Of a DNA stretch of 64,000 nt, positions 1 to 10,132 are shown piece by piece (positions within the stretch are counted from its first letter, which is position 1; every line of letters begins with the position of its first letter). Below the pieces are notes generated by a model. It searched no databases. It saw nothing but the letters and a program-made list of their open reading frames with translations, and was not told where the DNA came from. The DNA is from Candidatus Aminicenantes bacterium. Lineage in GTDB: Bacteria > Acidobacteriota > Aminicenantia > Aminicenantales > Saccharicenantaceae. The position numbers were made by a program, and so were the translations under genes. The stretch is taken from the NCBI GenBank assembly GCA_963784525.1, contig CAWART010000020.1, forward strand, positions 23,844-87,843, given 5' to 3'.

Positions 1-534
1 CTGGCCGACGGCCGTGGACTGGCCGTAGCCGAGGCCGGTCACCTGCTGGATGGCCTCGTAGGTCAGCGTCCCGGAACGGGAGATGATGCCGATCGAGCCG
101 GGCCTGCAGATATGCCCCGGCATGATGCCGATCTTGCACTTGCCGGGCGAGATGATGCCGGGGGTGTTGGGTCCGATGAGGGCCGCGGGATGGTTCTTGA
201 GGAAGGCCTTGACCTTGATCATATCGAAGGTCGGGATGCCTTCGGTGATGCAGACGACGACGCCGATCCCCGAGTCGGCCGCTTCCATGACCGCGTCGGC
301 GGCGCCGAAGGGGGGGACGAAGATGGCCGAGGCATTCGCGCCTTCGGCGGCGACGGCCTCGGCGACCGTGTCGAAAACAGGCACTCCGAGATGCTTCGTG
401 CCGCCCTTGCCGGGGGTGACGCCGGCCACGATCTTCGTGCCGTATTCCAGCATGCGCTCCGTGTGGAACGTGCCTTCCGCCCCGGTGATCCCCTGGACCG
501 CGACCCGCGTGCGTTCGTTGACGAGGATGCTCAT
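1..534 (-). CDS. sucD: succinate--CoA ligase subunit alpha; 3' end runs off the window
   Basis: Minus-strand translation from the ATG at 534..532 reads [57 protein letters not shown]...[13 protein letters not shown]...[20 protein letters not shown], the canonical SucD pattern. It is missing from the ORF track only because no stop lies inside the window. It starts 1 nt after the sucC stop. Confidence 0.93.
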   Translation of the reverse strand, partial: MSILVNERTRVAVQGITGAEGTFHTERMLEYGTKIVAGVTPGKGGTKHLGVPVFDTVAEAVAAEGANASAIFVPPFGAADAVMEAADSGIGVVVCITEGIPTFDMIKVKAFLKNHPAALIGPNTPGIISPGKCKIGIMPGHICRPGSIGIISRSGTLTYEAIQQVTGLGYGQSTAVGQ

Positions 535-535
535 C

Positions 536-1702
536 TCAGTGCGCTCCCTTGACCAGTTCGACGACCTTCGCCGCGGCCGTCCTCATGTCCGGGGCGAACG
601 TGAACGACAGCCCGGACTCCTCCAGGATCCTGCGGCCCAGGTCGACGTTGGTCCCTTCGAGCCGGACGACGACGGGGACCTTGAGCCCGATCTCACGCGC
701 GGCCTTGACGATGCCGCTCGCGACCATGTCGCAGCGGACGATGCCGCCGAAGATGTTGACCAGGGCCGCCTTGACGTCCCGGTCCGAGACGAGGATCTTG
801 AAGGCGTTGGTCACGGCTTTCTCCGAGACGCCGCCGCCGACGTCCAGGAAATTGGCCGGCGCGCCCCCCGCGTACTTGATGATATCCATGGTGGCCATGG
901 CCAACCCGGCGCCGTTGACCATGCAGCCGACGTCGCCGTCGAGCTTGATATAATTGAGGCTCGACTTCGACGCCTCGACCTCGAGGGCCGACTCCTCGTC
1001 GAGATCCCGCATCGCCGCGATGTCGGCGTGGCGGGGGAGGGCGTTGTCGTCGAAGTTCATCTTGGCGTCCAGGGCCAGGACACCCCCGTCTCCGGTAACG
1101 ACGAGCGGATTGATCTCCGCGAGCGAGGCGTCGGACGCCTCGAAGGCCCGGTAAAGGGCGAGCAGGAAACGGGCGGCCTGCTTGTGGGTCTCGCCGGCGA
1201 GGCCCAGCTTGAAGGCGAGGCGCTTCGCCTGGAAGACGGCGAGCCCGATGGCCGGATCGACATATTCCTTGAAGATGAGCTCGGGCCTCTCGGCCGCGAC
1301 CTTCTCGATCTCGACGCCGCCTTCCGTCGAGGCCATGACCACGGCCGTTTCGCGGGCCCGGTCGATGACGATCCCGATGTAGAGCTCGCGGCGGATGTCC
1401 AGGGCCTCCTCGACGAGGATCCTGCGGACGACCTTTCCTTCGGGGCCCGTCTGGTGCGTGATGAGGGTCATCCCCAGCATCCGGCCGGCGATCTCCGCGG
1501 CCTCCTTCGGGTCCGCCGCGACCTTCACGCCGCCGCCCTTGCCCCGGCCGCCGGCGTGGATCTGGGCCTTGACGACGACGCGGGGCCCGATGCGCCCGGC
1601 GATCTCCCGGGCCTTTTCGGGCGTATCGGCGACCTCTCCCCTGGGGACGGGAACTCCGTAGCGGGCGAGGATCCCCTTGGCCTGGAACTCATGGATCTTC
1701 AT
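536..1702 (-). CDS. sucC: succinate--CoA ligase subunit beta
   Basis: Track ORF 536..1783. The conserved N-terminus [22 protein letters not shown] begins at the internal ATG 1702..1700. [11 protein letters not shown] and [10 protein letters not shown] motifs are present. ATGA overlap with the upstream gene. Confidence 0.95.
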   Translation of the reverse strand: MKIHEFQAKGILARYGVPVPRGEVADTPEKAREIAGRIGPRVVVKAQIHAGGRGKGGGVKVAADPKEAAEIAGRMLGMTLITHQTGPEGKVVRRILVEEALDIRRELYIGIVIDRARETAVVMASTEGGVEIEKVAAERPELIFKEYVDPAIGLAVFQAKRLAFKLGLAGETHKQAARFLLALYRAFEASDASLAEINPLVVTGDGGVLALDAKMNFDDNALPRHADIAAMRDLDEESALEVEASKSSLNYIKLDGDVGCMVNGAGLAMATMDIIKYAGGAPANFLDVGGGVSEKAVTNAFKILVSDRDVKAALVNIFGGIVRCDMVASGIVKAAREIGLKVPVVVRLEGTNVDLGRRILEESGLSFTFAPDMRTAAAKVVELVKGAH

Positions 1703-2265
1703 GGCATCACCTCGGTCCTCCGGAATCGCCGCTTTCCTTCTTCGTAGAGATCGCCGCCGTAGATGTCGTCGATGACGATGCACGGCAGGTCCCGGACCGT
1801 CATCCTGCGGAGCGCTTCCGGTCCCAGCTCGGGCCAGGCGACGACCTCTGCGCTTTCGATGCGTCCCGCGATAAGGGCTCCGGCGCCGCCGACGGCGGCG
1901 AGATAGACGGCTCCCTGTTCGAGCATCGCCTTACGGACCCCGGGGCCCCGTTGGCCCTTGCCGATGGTCGCATTGAGGCCGAGGGCGAGGAGCGCCGGCG
2001 TGTAGGCGTCCATGCGATAGCTCGAGGTCGGGCCGGCCGAGCCTGCGGCCCGGCCGGGGCGGGCCGGGGTGGGCCCGACATAGTAGATGATCTCGTCCTT
2101 CAGGTCGACGGGGAGAGGCCGGCCTTCCCGGATGAGCTCGGTAAGCCTCCGATGCGCCTCGTCCCTGGCCGCGAGCAGGGTGCCGGTGATGAGGACCTTA
2201 TCGCCGGCCCTGAGGAGGGCGACGGCGTCGTCCGTGAGCGGAGTGAGGATCCTGTGTTCGGCCAA
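1699..2265 (-). CDS. class I (Fe-S type) fumarate hydratase / tartrate dehydratase, beta subunit only
   Basis: 188-aa ORF with [17 protein letters not shown]...[12 protein letters not shown]...GPTSSYRMD...IGKGQRGP...[13 protein letters not shown], the C-terminal-domain (beta) pattern of two-subunit Fe-S hydrolyases. The TCA context favours fumarase. Confidence 0.8.
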   Translation of the reverse strand: MAEHRILTPLTDDAVALLRAGDKVLITGTLLAARDEAHRRLTELIREGRPLPVDLKDEIIYYVGPTPARPGRAAGSAGPTSSYRMDAYTPALLALGLNATIGKGQRGPGVRKAMLEQGAVYLAAVGGAGALIAGRIESAEVVAWPELGPEALRRMTVRDLPCIVIDDIYGGDLYEEGKRRFRRTEVMP

Positions 2266-2308
2266 GGCCCCGGTATCTCATACTTTCGTGAAATGCGTCG
2301 TTACGAGC

Positions 2309-3241
2309 CTATATTTTACACTCCTGGACGGTCTTTGTCACCGAAGCGACGGTCTTCTGGAGCAGGGCGTTCTCGTCGGCGGTCAGCTTGATCTCGTAGA
2401 TCTTCTCGATGCCCTTGGCCCCGATCATCGCCGGCACACCGAGGAAGAGGCCCTTGATGCCGTACTCGCCTTCGCAGAGGGCCGCGCAGGGGAGGACGCG
2501 CCTCTTGTCCTTGAGATAGGACTCGGCCATGACGATGGCGCTCCAGGCGGGGCTGAAGAACGCCGAGCCCTTGCCGAAGAGCTTGACGATCTCGGTGCCC
2601 GCCTCGCGGGTCCGGGTGACGAGCCGGCCGATCTGCTCGGGCGTGGCGACCTCTTCGAGAGGCACGCCGCCGACCGTTGTCAGGCGGGGCAGGGGGACCA
2701 TGTCCGGTCCATGGCCGCCCAGGACCGTCCCGGCGACGTCCGCGACGGACACGCCGAGCTCCATGGCGATGAAGGCCCTCCAGCGGGCGGTGTCCAGGGT
2801 CCCGGCCATGCCGACGACCTGGCTCTTGGGGAAGCCGGTGATCTTGTGGAACACGTAGACCATGGCGTCCAGGGGATTGGTGACGATGATACAGAAGGCC
2901 TTGGGGGCGTATTGCTTGACGCCCTCGGCCACGGCGGTGATGATCTTGATGTTGACGGCGAGGAGGTCCTCCCGGGTCATGCCCGCTTCGCGCGGCTTGC
3001 CGGCGGTGACGATGACGACGTCGGCGCCTTCGATGTCCTTGTAGTCCGACGTGCCGGTGACGGCGGCGTCGTAGTTGCCGTGGGGGGCCATCTCCATCAG
3101 ATCGAGGGCTTTGCCCTTGCAGACGTTCTCGAACGGGGGGATGTCCAGGATGACGACGTCCCCGAGCTCCTTCTGGGCGGCGAGCATGGCCAGGATCTGG
3201 CCGATCTGTCCGCCTCCGACGAGGGCGATCTTCTTTCTCAT
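2309..3241 (-). CDS. mdh: malate dehydrogenase (LDH-like family)
   Basis: 310-aa ORF. MRKKIALVGGGQIGQILA Rossmann N-terminus, VIVTAGKPREAGMTREDLL, IIVTNPLDAM, GGHGPDMVPL. Confidence 0.93.
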   Translation of the reverse strand: MRKKIALVGGGQIGQILAMLAAQKELGDVVILDIPPFENVCKGKALDLMEMAPHGNYDAAVTGTSDYKDIEGADVVIVTAGKPREAGMTREDLLAVNIKIITAVAEGVKQYAPKAFCIIVTNPLDAMVYVFHKITGFPKSQVVGMAGTLDTARWRAFIAMELGVSVADVAGTVLGGHGPDMVPLPRLTTVGGVPLEEVATPEQIGRLVTRTREAGTEIVKLFGKGSAFFSPAWSAIVMAESYLKDKRRVLPCAALCEGEYGIKGLFLGVPAMIGAKGIEKIYEIKLTADENALLQKTVASVTKTVQECKI

Positions 3242-3284
3242 ATTCGTTTCTCCTTCCTGAAGTGCCTGGTGTGCCGGTGACGCC

Positions 3285-4484
3285 TCAGCCCTTGACGTAC
3301 CCTTCCCAGGTCTCTTTGAGCTTGGGGCTGACGATCCAATCCATGAGGTAGTTCGTGAAATCCGCGCCCGTGGCCCCGGTCGGCCGGCCGGTAATGACGA
3401 GCTTCTTCTCGTACTGGCCGGTGATGTCGAGGGCCATCTCGAGCTTCCGGGCCTCCTCGGGGTGCCCGATATGGGCGATGAGCATGGCCGCCGCTCGGAT
3501 CATGCTGCAGGGGTCGGCGTACTGGGCGCGGCCTTCGGTGACCATCCGGGGCGCCGAGCCGTGGATGGCCTCGAACATGGCGTACTGCTTGCCGATGTTG
3601 GCGCTTCCGGCCGTGCCCACGCCCCCTTGGAATTCGGCGGCCTCGTCGGTCAGGATATCGCCGTAGAGGTTGGGCAGGACCATGACCTGGAAGTCCCGGC
3701 GCCGCTTCTCGTCGACGAGCTTGGCCGTCATGATGTCGATGTACCAGTCGTCGGCCTGGATGCCGGGATATTCCTTGGCGATGCGGTAGAAGTTATCGAG
3801 GAACCGCCCGTCCGTCGTCTTGACGACGTTGGCCTTGGTGATACAGGTGATCCGGGTCCGGCCGTTGGCCTTGGCGTGCTCGAAGGCCAACCGGCAGATG
3901 CGGTCGGAACCGGGCCCCGTGATGAGCTTGAAATCGATGGAGATATCGGCGTCGACGTCGATGCCATAGGGGCCGAGGGCATAGAGGTCCTCGGTGTTCT
4001 CCCGGAAGAAGATCCAGTCGATGCCCTGCTTGGGGATACGGACGGGGCGGACGTTGGCGAACAGGTCGAGCTCCTTCCGGACGGCCACGTTGCAGCTCTC
4101 GATGTTCGGCCAGGGATCGCCCTTCCGCGGCGTCGTCGTCGGGCCCTTGAGCGTGACATGATACTTCTTGATCTCGGCCAGGACGTCGTCCGGGACGGCC
4201 TTCATGTGGGCGACCCGGTTCTCGATGGTCAGGCCCTCGATGTCGCGGATCTCGACGAGGCCCGCCTTGACCTGGTCCTTCAGCATGAATTCGAGGATCC
4301 GCTTGGATTCGGCGGCGATGAACGGCCCGATGCCGTCACCGGCGAGGATCCCGATGCGGATCGGCTTGAGCTTCTTGTAGTCGGTCCAGTCCGGCATGGT
4401 CTTGACCTGTTCCATGCGTTTCATCTGGATCTCGAGGAGCTTGCCGAAGTGCGCTTTCGCCCGTTCGATGGCGACATTATCCAT
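3285..4484 (-). CDS. icd: isocitrate dehydrogenase (isocitrate/isopropylmalate dehydrogenase family) with an N-terminal extension
   Basis: 399-aa ORF. GILAGDGIGP, LKGPTTTP, FRENTEDLY, NLYGDILTDEAA and EAIHGSAP motifs. Sits in a TCA operon. Confidence 0.85.
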   Translation of the reverse strand: MDNVAIERAKAHFGKLLEIQMKRMEQVKTMPDWTDYKKLKPIRIGILAGDGIGPFIAAESKRILEFMLKDQVKAGLVEIRDIEGLTIENRVAHMKAVPDDVLAEIKKYHVTLKGPTTTPRKGDPWPNIESCNVAVRKELDLFANVRPVRIPKQGIDWIFFRENTEDLYALGPYGIDVDADISIDFKLITGPGSDRICRLAFEHAKANGRTRITCITKANVVKTTDGRFLDNFYRIAKEYPGIQADDWYIDIMTAKLVDEKRRRDFQVMVLPNLYGDILTDEAAEFQGGVGTAGSANIGKQYAMFEAIHGSAPRMVTEGRAQYADPCSMIRAAAMLIAHIGHPEEARKLEMALDITGQYEKKLVITGRPTGATGADFTNYLMDWIVSPKLKETWEGYVKG

Positions 4485-4587
4485 TCCATATCCTCCCTCT
4501 GTTGAAATTGACCGAACGCGGAAACGGGATATTACTATGAAAAAGGGGCGGAATGCAACTTCGCGGGCCCGGGGGATAAAATAGGTT

Positions 4588-4616
4588 TTGACAAAAGGAA
4601 ACGAAAAACCTATACA
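4588..4616 (+). promoter_or_regulatory. sigma70-type promoter candidate for acnB
   Basis: TTGACA (4588..4593), 17-nt spacer, TATACA (4611..4616), inside an AT-rich island in the icd/acnB divergent intergenic region. Confidence 0.5.
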
Positions 4617-4670
4617 AGGGGATGCGTCCGCGAAGCGGGCGCGAGCAAGATGAACATGGGGAGGACGACG

Positions 4671-7214
4671 ATGCTCGAGGCCTACGATTCTCAGGCGAAG
4701 GAACGCGCGAAACTCGGCATCCCGCCGCTCCCTTTGAGCGCCGCGGAGACGGCGGAGGTCTGCGCGGCCCTCGAGTCCGCTGCGGGCGCGGACGGGGAGG
4801 CTCTCGTCGCCCTTCTCCGGGACAGGGTATCCCCGGGCGTCGATCCGGCGGCCAGGGTCAAGGCGGAATGGCTGGCGCGCGTCGCCCGGGGCGAGGTCGC
4901 CGCCCGGCCCATCCCCAGGAAGGACGCGGTCTTCCTGCTCGGGACGATGCTGGGGGGCTACAACGTCGCGCCGCTCGTCGCCCTGCTCGAGGACCGGGAA
5001 CTCGGCACCTCCGCGGCCGACGCCCTGAAGCGGACCATTCTCGTCTATGGCGCTTTCGATGCCGTCCTCGGGCTTTTAAAGCGCCAGCCGAACGCCCGGG
5101 CGGTCCTCGACTCGTGGGCCGCCGGCGAATGGTTTCTGTCCCGGCCGGCGTTCCCCGATGTCCTGACGTTCAAGGTCTTCAAGGTGGACGGCGAGATCAA
5201 CACGGACGATTTTTCTCCGGCCAAGCACGCCTCCACGCGTCCCGACATTCCCCTGCATGCCATGGCCATGGGGGAGACGCGTTTCCCCGGCGGACTCGCG
5301 GTCCTTCGCGAGTTCCGGGCGCAGGGCCACCGGGTCGCCTTCGCGGGCGACGTCGTCGGGACGGGCTCCTCTCGGAAATCGGCCTGCAATTCCGTGATGT
5401 GGCATATCGGCGAGGACATTCCGTTCGTCCCGAACAAACGCAGGGGCGGCGTCGTCCTGGGCGGACTCATCGCCCCCATCTTCTTCAACACGACCGAGGA
5501 TTCGGGGGGCCTGCCCATCCAGAGGGTGGACCTGGCGAACGTGCGGACAGGCGACAGCATCGTCCTCGACCTGCGGGCCGGCGAGATGCGCTCCGCGTCG
5601 GGCGACCGGCTCTCGAAGATCGAACTCTCCCCGGAGACGATCCGGGACGAATACAGGGCGGGCGGCCGGTTGAACCTCATCATCGGCCGGCAGTTGACCG
5701 ACAGGGCCCGGAAGGCGCTCGGGTTGGGCGCATCGGATATTTTTGCCCGGGTCGAAAGCCCGGCGCCGAAGCCCGGCCAAGGCTATTCGCAGGCCCAGAA
5801 GATCGTCGGCAAGGCGTGCGGCGTGCCCGGCGTTCTACCCGGCACCTCCTGCGAGCCGCGGATGACGACGGTCGGCTCCCAGGACACGACGGGGCCGATG
5901 ACGGCCGACGAGCTCAAAGAGCTGGCCTGCCTGGAATTCCAGGCCGACCTCTTCATGCAATCCTTCTGCCACACCGCGGCCTATCCGAAAGCGGCGGACG
6001 TCCGCATGCACAAGAGCCTTCCCGCCTTCATGATCGAACGCAAAGGCGTCGCCCTCAAGCCGGGGGACGGCGTCATCCATTCCTGGCTGAACCGCCTGCT
6101 CCTGCCGGATACGTGCGGCACGGGCGGGGATTCGCACACCCGGTTCCCCATCGGGCTGAGCTTCCCGGCGGGCTCGGGCCTGGTGGCCTTCGCCGGCGCC
6201 CTGGGGTTCATGCCCCTGGACATGCCCGAATCGGTCCTGGTCCGGTTCTCGGGAAAGCTCCGTCCGGGCGTGACGCTCCGCGACGCGGTCAACGCCGTCC
6301 CGTTGGCCGCCATCCGAAAGGGCCTGCTGACGGTCGCGAAAAAGGGCAAGAAGAACGTGTTCAACGGCCGTATCCTCGAGATGGAAGGATTGGAGGGACT
6401 GACCGTCGAGCAGGCCTACGAGCTGACCGACGCGTCCGCGGAACGGAGCGCGGCCGGAAGCGTCATCGCCCTCGAGCCGGCCAGGGTCGCCGCCTACCTG
6501 CGGAGCAACATCGCCCTGATGGGCCGGATGATCGCGGAGGGCTATCGCGACGCCGAGACGCTCGAAGTTCGCATCCGGGCCTGCGAAGCGTGGCTGAAGG
6601 ATCCCGTCCTCCTGAAAAGGGATGCCGGGGCCGGGTACGCCGCGGTCCTCGAGGTCGATCTGGACGCGATCACGGAGCCCGTCCTGGCCTGCCCGAACGA
6701 CCCGGACGACGTCAAGCCGCTGTCGGAGGTCTCCGGAGAACGCATCGACGAGGTCTTCATCGGCTCGTGCATGACGAACATCGGCCACTTCCGCGCAGCG
6801 GCCCGGGTCTTCGACAAGGCCGGCCCGCTGGGCCCCAGGGTCTGGATGACCCCGCCGACGAAGATGGACGCCGCCCAGCTGATGCGGGAAGGGCTCTATT
6901 CCATATATTCCCAGGCCGGAGCGCGGATGGAGATCCCCGGCTGCTCGCTCTGCATGGGGAACCAGGCCCGGGTCCGGCCCGGGGCGACCATCATATCGAC
7001 CTCCACCCGGAACTTCGACGACCGGATGGGGGACGGGGCCCGGGTCTTCCTGGGATCGGCCGAGCTGGCGGCGGTCGCGGCGCTCAAGGGCCGGCTTCCC
7101 TCGACGGACGAGTATTTCGCGGTCATCAAGGAACGGGTCCTGCCTTTCGCCGCCGACATCTACCGCTATCTCGAGTTCGATAAGATCAAGGACTTCTCCC
7201 TGGGATACCCGTGA
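4671..7214 (+). CDS. acnB: aconitate hydratase B (bifunctional aconitase 2 / 2-methylisocitrate dehydratase type)
   Basis: Track ORF 4650..7214. MLEAYDSQAKERAKLGIPPLPL matches the AcnB N-terminus (MLEEY... in E. coli, from memory). GGAGG lies 6 nt before the ATG at 4671. Aconitase Cys motifs are present: IGSCMTN and PGCSLCMGNQ. Confidence 0.93.
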   Translation: MLEAYDSQAKERAKLGIPPLPLSAAETAEVCAALESAAGADGEALVALLRDRVSPGVDPAARVKAEWLARVARGEVAARPIPRKDAVFLLGTMLGGYNVAPLVALLEDRELGTSAADALKRTILVYGAFDAVLGLLKRQPNARAVLDSWAAGEWFLSRPAFPDVLTFKVFKVDGEINTDDFSPAKHASTRPDIPLHAMAMGETRFPGGLAVLREFRAQGHRVAFAGDVVGTGSSRKSACNSVMWHIGEDIPFVPNKRRGGVVLGGLIAPIFFNTTEDSGGLPIQRVDLANVRTGDSIVLDLRAGEMRSASGDRLSKIELSPETIRDEYRAGGRLNLIIGRQLTDRARKALGLGASDIFARVESPAPKPGQGYSQAQKIVGKACGVPGVLPGTSCEPRMTTVGSQDTTGPMTADELKELACLEFQADLFMQSFCHTAAYPKAADVRMHKSLPAFMIERKGVALKPGDGVIHSWLNRLLLPDTCGTGGDSHTRFPIGLSFPAGSGLVAFAGALGFMPLDMPESVLVRFSGKLRPGVTLRDAVNAVPLAAIRKGLLTVAKKGKKNVFNGRILEMEGLEGLTVEQAYELTDASAERSAAGSVIALEPARVAAYLRSNIALMGRMIAEGYRDAETLEVRIRACEAWLKDPVLLKRDAGAGYAAVLEVDLDAITEPVLACPNDPDDVKPLSEVSGERIDEVFIGSCMTNIGHFRAAARVFDKAGPLGPRVWMTPPTKMDAAQLMREGLYSIYSQAGARMEIPGCSLCMGNQARVRPGATIISTSTRNFDDRMGDGARVFLGSAELAAVAALKGRLPSTDEYFAVIKERVLPFAADIYRYLEFDKIKDFSLGYP

Positions 7215-7266
7215 GACGGGACGGAAGGCCCGCTCCCGAAGACGGTCATAGAAAGAAGGAGGCTCC

Positions 7267-8028
7267 ATGCTCGATATGACAGGACGGAAGGTCCTCATCA
7301 CCGGAGGCTCGCGCGGCATCGGCCGGGCGACGGCCCTGCTGTTCGCCCGGGCCGGGGCGGACGTGGCCATCAGCTATCAGAGGAACGCGGCCGCGGCCGC
7401 GGAGGTCCGGGCCGGGGTGGAGAAGCTCGGAAGGAAATGCCTCGTCTTCCGCGCCGAGCTCGCCTCGAAAAAGGACGCGGACGCCATGGCGGCCGGCATC
7501 CTCGAGGCCTGGGGCTCGATCGACACCCTCGTCAACAACGGAGGCGTCTGGACCTATCTCGAGATGGGGGCCATGGACGAAGCCGTCTATCGGGAGCTCA
7601 TGGGCGCGAACCTCGACGGCGTCTTCTACGTCACGAACGCCGTCGTCCCCGCCATGAAGGCCCGGGGGAGGGGCTGGATCGTCAACGTCGCCTCGACGGC
7701 CGCCGTCCGGGGCGAAGCGCTCCATTCCCATTACGCGGCCAGCAAGGGGGCGCTGGTCTCGATGACGAAATCCCTCGCCGTCGAGCTCGCCCCGCACGGC
7801 ATCCGCGTGAATTGCGTGGCTCCGGGCTGGGTGGACACGGACATGTGCACGGGCGTCTTCGGCGAGCCGGGATACAGGGAAAAGGTCCGGCAGACCATCC
7901 CCCTCAAGAGGATCCCGCCCCCGGAGGATATCGCCGGGCCCATCCTCTTCATGGCCTCGGAGATGGCCGTCCACATCACCGGGGAAACGCTCAACGTCAA
8001 CGGCGGGTCGGTCCTTTGCGGCGGGTGA
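7267..8028 (+). CDS. SDR family oxidoreductase (3-oxoacyl-ACP reductase-like)
   Basis: 253-aa ORF. TGGSRGIGRA cofactor motif, NNGG, YAASKGAL catalytic motif. AAGGAGG RBS upstream. Confidence 0.88.
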   Translation: MLDMTGRKVLITGGSRGIGRATALLFARAGADVAISYQRNAAAAAEVRAGVEKLGRKCLVFRAELASKKDADAMAAGILEAWGSIDTLVNNGGVWTYLEMGAMDEAVYRELMGANLDGVFYVTNAVVPAMKARGRGWIVNVASTAAVRGEALHSHYAASKGALVSMTKSLAVELAPHGIRVNCVAPGWVDTDMCTGVFGEPGYREKVRQTIPLKRIPPPEDIAGPILFMASEMAVHITGETLNVNGGSVLCGG

Positions 8029-8134
8029 GGGGCTTGCCAAGAGCGGCCGTTTCTGTTATCGTTCTGGTCAACTTGCCTTCGGTGAAGGCATCGGAAAATA
8101 CGTGGCGGTGGAGGTCTGCGCGCCCAAAAAGGGC

Positions 8135-8162
8135 TTGACACGGATTTTTGCCCTGTGATAAT
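8135..8162 (+). promoter_or_regulatory. sigma70-type promoter (extended -10) for the M23 peptidase gene
   Basis: TTGACA (8135..8140), 16-nt spacer, TGT-GATAAT (-10 at 8157..8162), then an AGGGAG RBS and the ATG at 8177. Confidence 0.55.
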
Positions 8163-8176
8163 CAAAGGGAGATTCA

Positions 8177-9073
8177 ATGGCTAAAAAGTTCTTCTCGGTC
8201 ATCATCGTTCCGCACACGAAGACGAGCACGCGGACCCTGACGTTCTCGAAAAAGGCCATGAAGCTCCTCTTGGGGGGGGCCGGCCTCGCCGTTCTCGTTC
8301 TCGGGCTCTTCCTGGCGGATTATTTCTCGATGACCTTCATCCGCACCAAGTACCGGAGCCTTGTCCGGGAGAACTCGGAGCAGAAGGAACGGATCGCCGA
8401 GACCGAGAGCACCATCAAGCGCCTCGAATCCACCGTCGCGAACTACGAGGATTACGCCCGGAAGCTCAATATCCTGATGGGCTTCAAATCGGCCGACGTC
8501 ATCCCGGGCGAGCCCGGCATCGGCGGGGGCGATCCCGGCGACGGCGGCGAGCCCCAGGCGGCCATCCCCCCGGGCCTGACCCTGGATTCTATGCAGAGCC
8601 TGGCCCTCAAGGCCGAAAACGTGGAGAAGAACCTGGGCTCTCTGGTCAACGTTCTCGAAAGCCAGGCGGCCCGCCTGGCGTCGACGCCGACCATTTGGCC
8701 GACCCAGGGATGGGTCTCCTCGCCCTTCGGCTACAGGATCGATCCGTTCACGGGCAGGCGGACCTTTCACCGGGGCATCGACATCGCGACGAATTTCGGC
8801 AACCCCGTGGCCGCGGCGGCCGACGGGACCGTGACCGAGGCCCGGTATGACAAGTTCTACGGCAGGACGGTGATCATCAGCCACGGGAACGGCGTGGCCA
8901 CCCAATACTGTCACCTCGAGAAATACACCGTCGCGCCGGGTCAGAAGATCCATCGCGGCGACGTCCTCGGCTACGTCGGAAAGACCGGAAAGGCCCTGGG
9001 CCCCCACCTCCATTACGAGGTCCACATCAACGACACGGCCGTCAACCCCTACAACTACATCCTCGAAGAATAA
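8177..9073 (+). CDS. M23 family metallopeptidase (LytM/EnvC-like, membrane-anchored with a coiled coil)
   Basis: 298-aa ORF. N-terminal TM helix. HRGIDIA...G.PV.AAADG and GPHLHYEV motifs of peptidase M23. Confidence 0.9.
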   Translation: MAKKFFSVIIVPHTKTSTRTLTFSKKAMKLLLGGAGLAVLVLGLFLADYFSMTFIRTKYRSLVRENSEQKERIAETESTIKRLESTVANYEDYARKLNILMGFKSADVIPGEPGIGGGDPGDGGEPQAAIPPGLTLDSMQSLALKAENVEKNLGSLVNVLESQAARLASTPTIWPTQGWVSSPFGYRIDPFTGRRTFHRGIDIATNFGNPVAAAADGTVTEARYDKFYGRTVIISHGNGVATQYCHLEKYTVAPGQKIHRGDVLGYVGKTGKALGPHLHYEVHINDTAVNPYNYILEE

Positions 9074-9193
9074 TCGCGCCGTTCGTCCCGTCCGCTTTCT
9101 TCCAAGGTTAGGCATCGCCTTCGAAGGACTCAGGGACGTCCTTCCGACAAGATGACCGGTTCGTTGTGAGAAACGAGAACGGACGAATAGCGC

Positions 9194-10132
9194 TTAGGCG
9201 GGACCAAAGATGTCGCCGGGACAGATATGACCGCCGAGGACGAAGGCGTGAGCGTCCATCTCGGGCTTGCCCTCGGGACGCAGGCGCTCGATGCGAAAGA
9301 GGGAGCCGTTGCCGCAGGCGACGGTGACGCCGGCTTTGTCAGCGGAGACGACCGTTCCCGGGCCGTGCGCTTCAATGCGTTCGATAAGGGGGAGGCCCTT
9401 GAGAAGTTGGATACGGACGCCGCTCACGAACGAATAGGCGATGGGCCAGGGGTCGAAGGCGCGCACCTTCCGGTCGACCGCTCCCGCGTCCGAGGTCCAA
9501 TCGACGAGGCCGTCCTCCTTGCGGAGTTTCGGGGCCAGGGTCGCTTTCGCGTGATCCTGGGGGACACGCCGCGACGCGTCGATCGTCGCGAGCGTCCTCT
9601 CCATCAGCCCGGCGCCGATCTCGGCCAGCCGCCCTTCGAGCTCGCGGGCGGACTCCCGGGGTCCGATGTCGGTGGCTTCCATGGCCAGGACGTCCCCTTC
9701 GTCCATGCGCTCGTTGAGCTCGAAGATGGTGACACCGGTCCTTGTCTCCCCCCGGAGGATGGCCCAGGCAACGGGCGAGGCGCCCCGGTACCGGGGCAGG
9801 AGCGAAAAATGGACGTTCAAAGAGCGGTGGCGGGGGAGGCCGATGACCGGGACGGGCATGATCTGTCCGTAGGCGGCGACGACATTGACATCGGGCCGGG
9901 CGGCCGCGAGCGTTTCCAGAAAGGCTTCGTCCTTCCGGACGCGGACAGGCTGGACGACGGGCAGGCCCTTTTCCGCGGCGAACCGTTTCACCGGACACGG
10001 CGTCAGCTTTCGGCCGCGGCCGGCGGGCCGGTCCGGCTGGGTGACGACGAGCTCGACGGAATGTCCCGCCGCGAGGAGGCGCCGGAGGGTCGGGAGGGCC
10101 GCTTCAGGGCTTCCGAAGAAGGCGATCCTCAT
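9194..10132 (-). CDS. fmt: methionyl-tRNA formyltransferase
   Basis: The conserved start MRIAFFGSPEAALPTL is at the internal ATG 10132..10130 of track ORF 9194..10369. HFSLLPRYRGASP motif. ATGA overlap with def. Confidence 0.93.
   Translation of the reverse strand: MRIAFFGSPEAALPTLRRLLAAGHSVELVVTQPDRPAGRGRKLTPCPVKRFAAEKGLPVVQPVRVRKDEAFLETLAAARPDVNVVAAYGQIMPVPVIGLPRHRSLNVHFSLLPRYRGASPVAWAILRGETRTGVTIFELNERMDEGDVLAMEATDIGPRESARELEGRLAEIGAGLMERTLATIDASRRVPQDHAKATLAPKLRKEDGLVDWTSDAGAVDRKVRAFDPWPIAYSFVSGVRIQLLKGLPLIERIEAHGPGTVVSADKAGVTVACGNGSLFRIERLRPEGKPEMDAHAFVLGGHICPGDIFGPA

Noticed and set aside
83-1747. A 554-aa plus-strand ORF covering the sucD/sucC region.
   Set aside because: It is antisense to two unmistakable genes. 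Its composition is Asp/Gly/Arg/Pro-rich with no recognisable motifs. It is a typical open shadow frame in GC-rich DNA.
4622-7370. An 853-aa plus-strand ORF (4622..7183) and a 511-aa minus-strand ORF (5835..7370) overlapping acnB.
   Set aside because: Both are Arg/Gly/Pro-rich and lie out of frame with or antisense to a full-length, motif-complete AcnB.
9074-9193. Imperfect long-range inverted repeats and a small GAAGGAC...GTCCTTC hairpin between the convergent M23 peptidase and fmt genes.
   Set aside because: The stems are short or imperfect and lack U-tracts. At most this is a weak convergent terminator region, not enough to call a feature.
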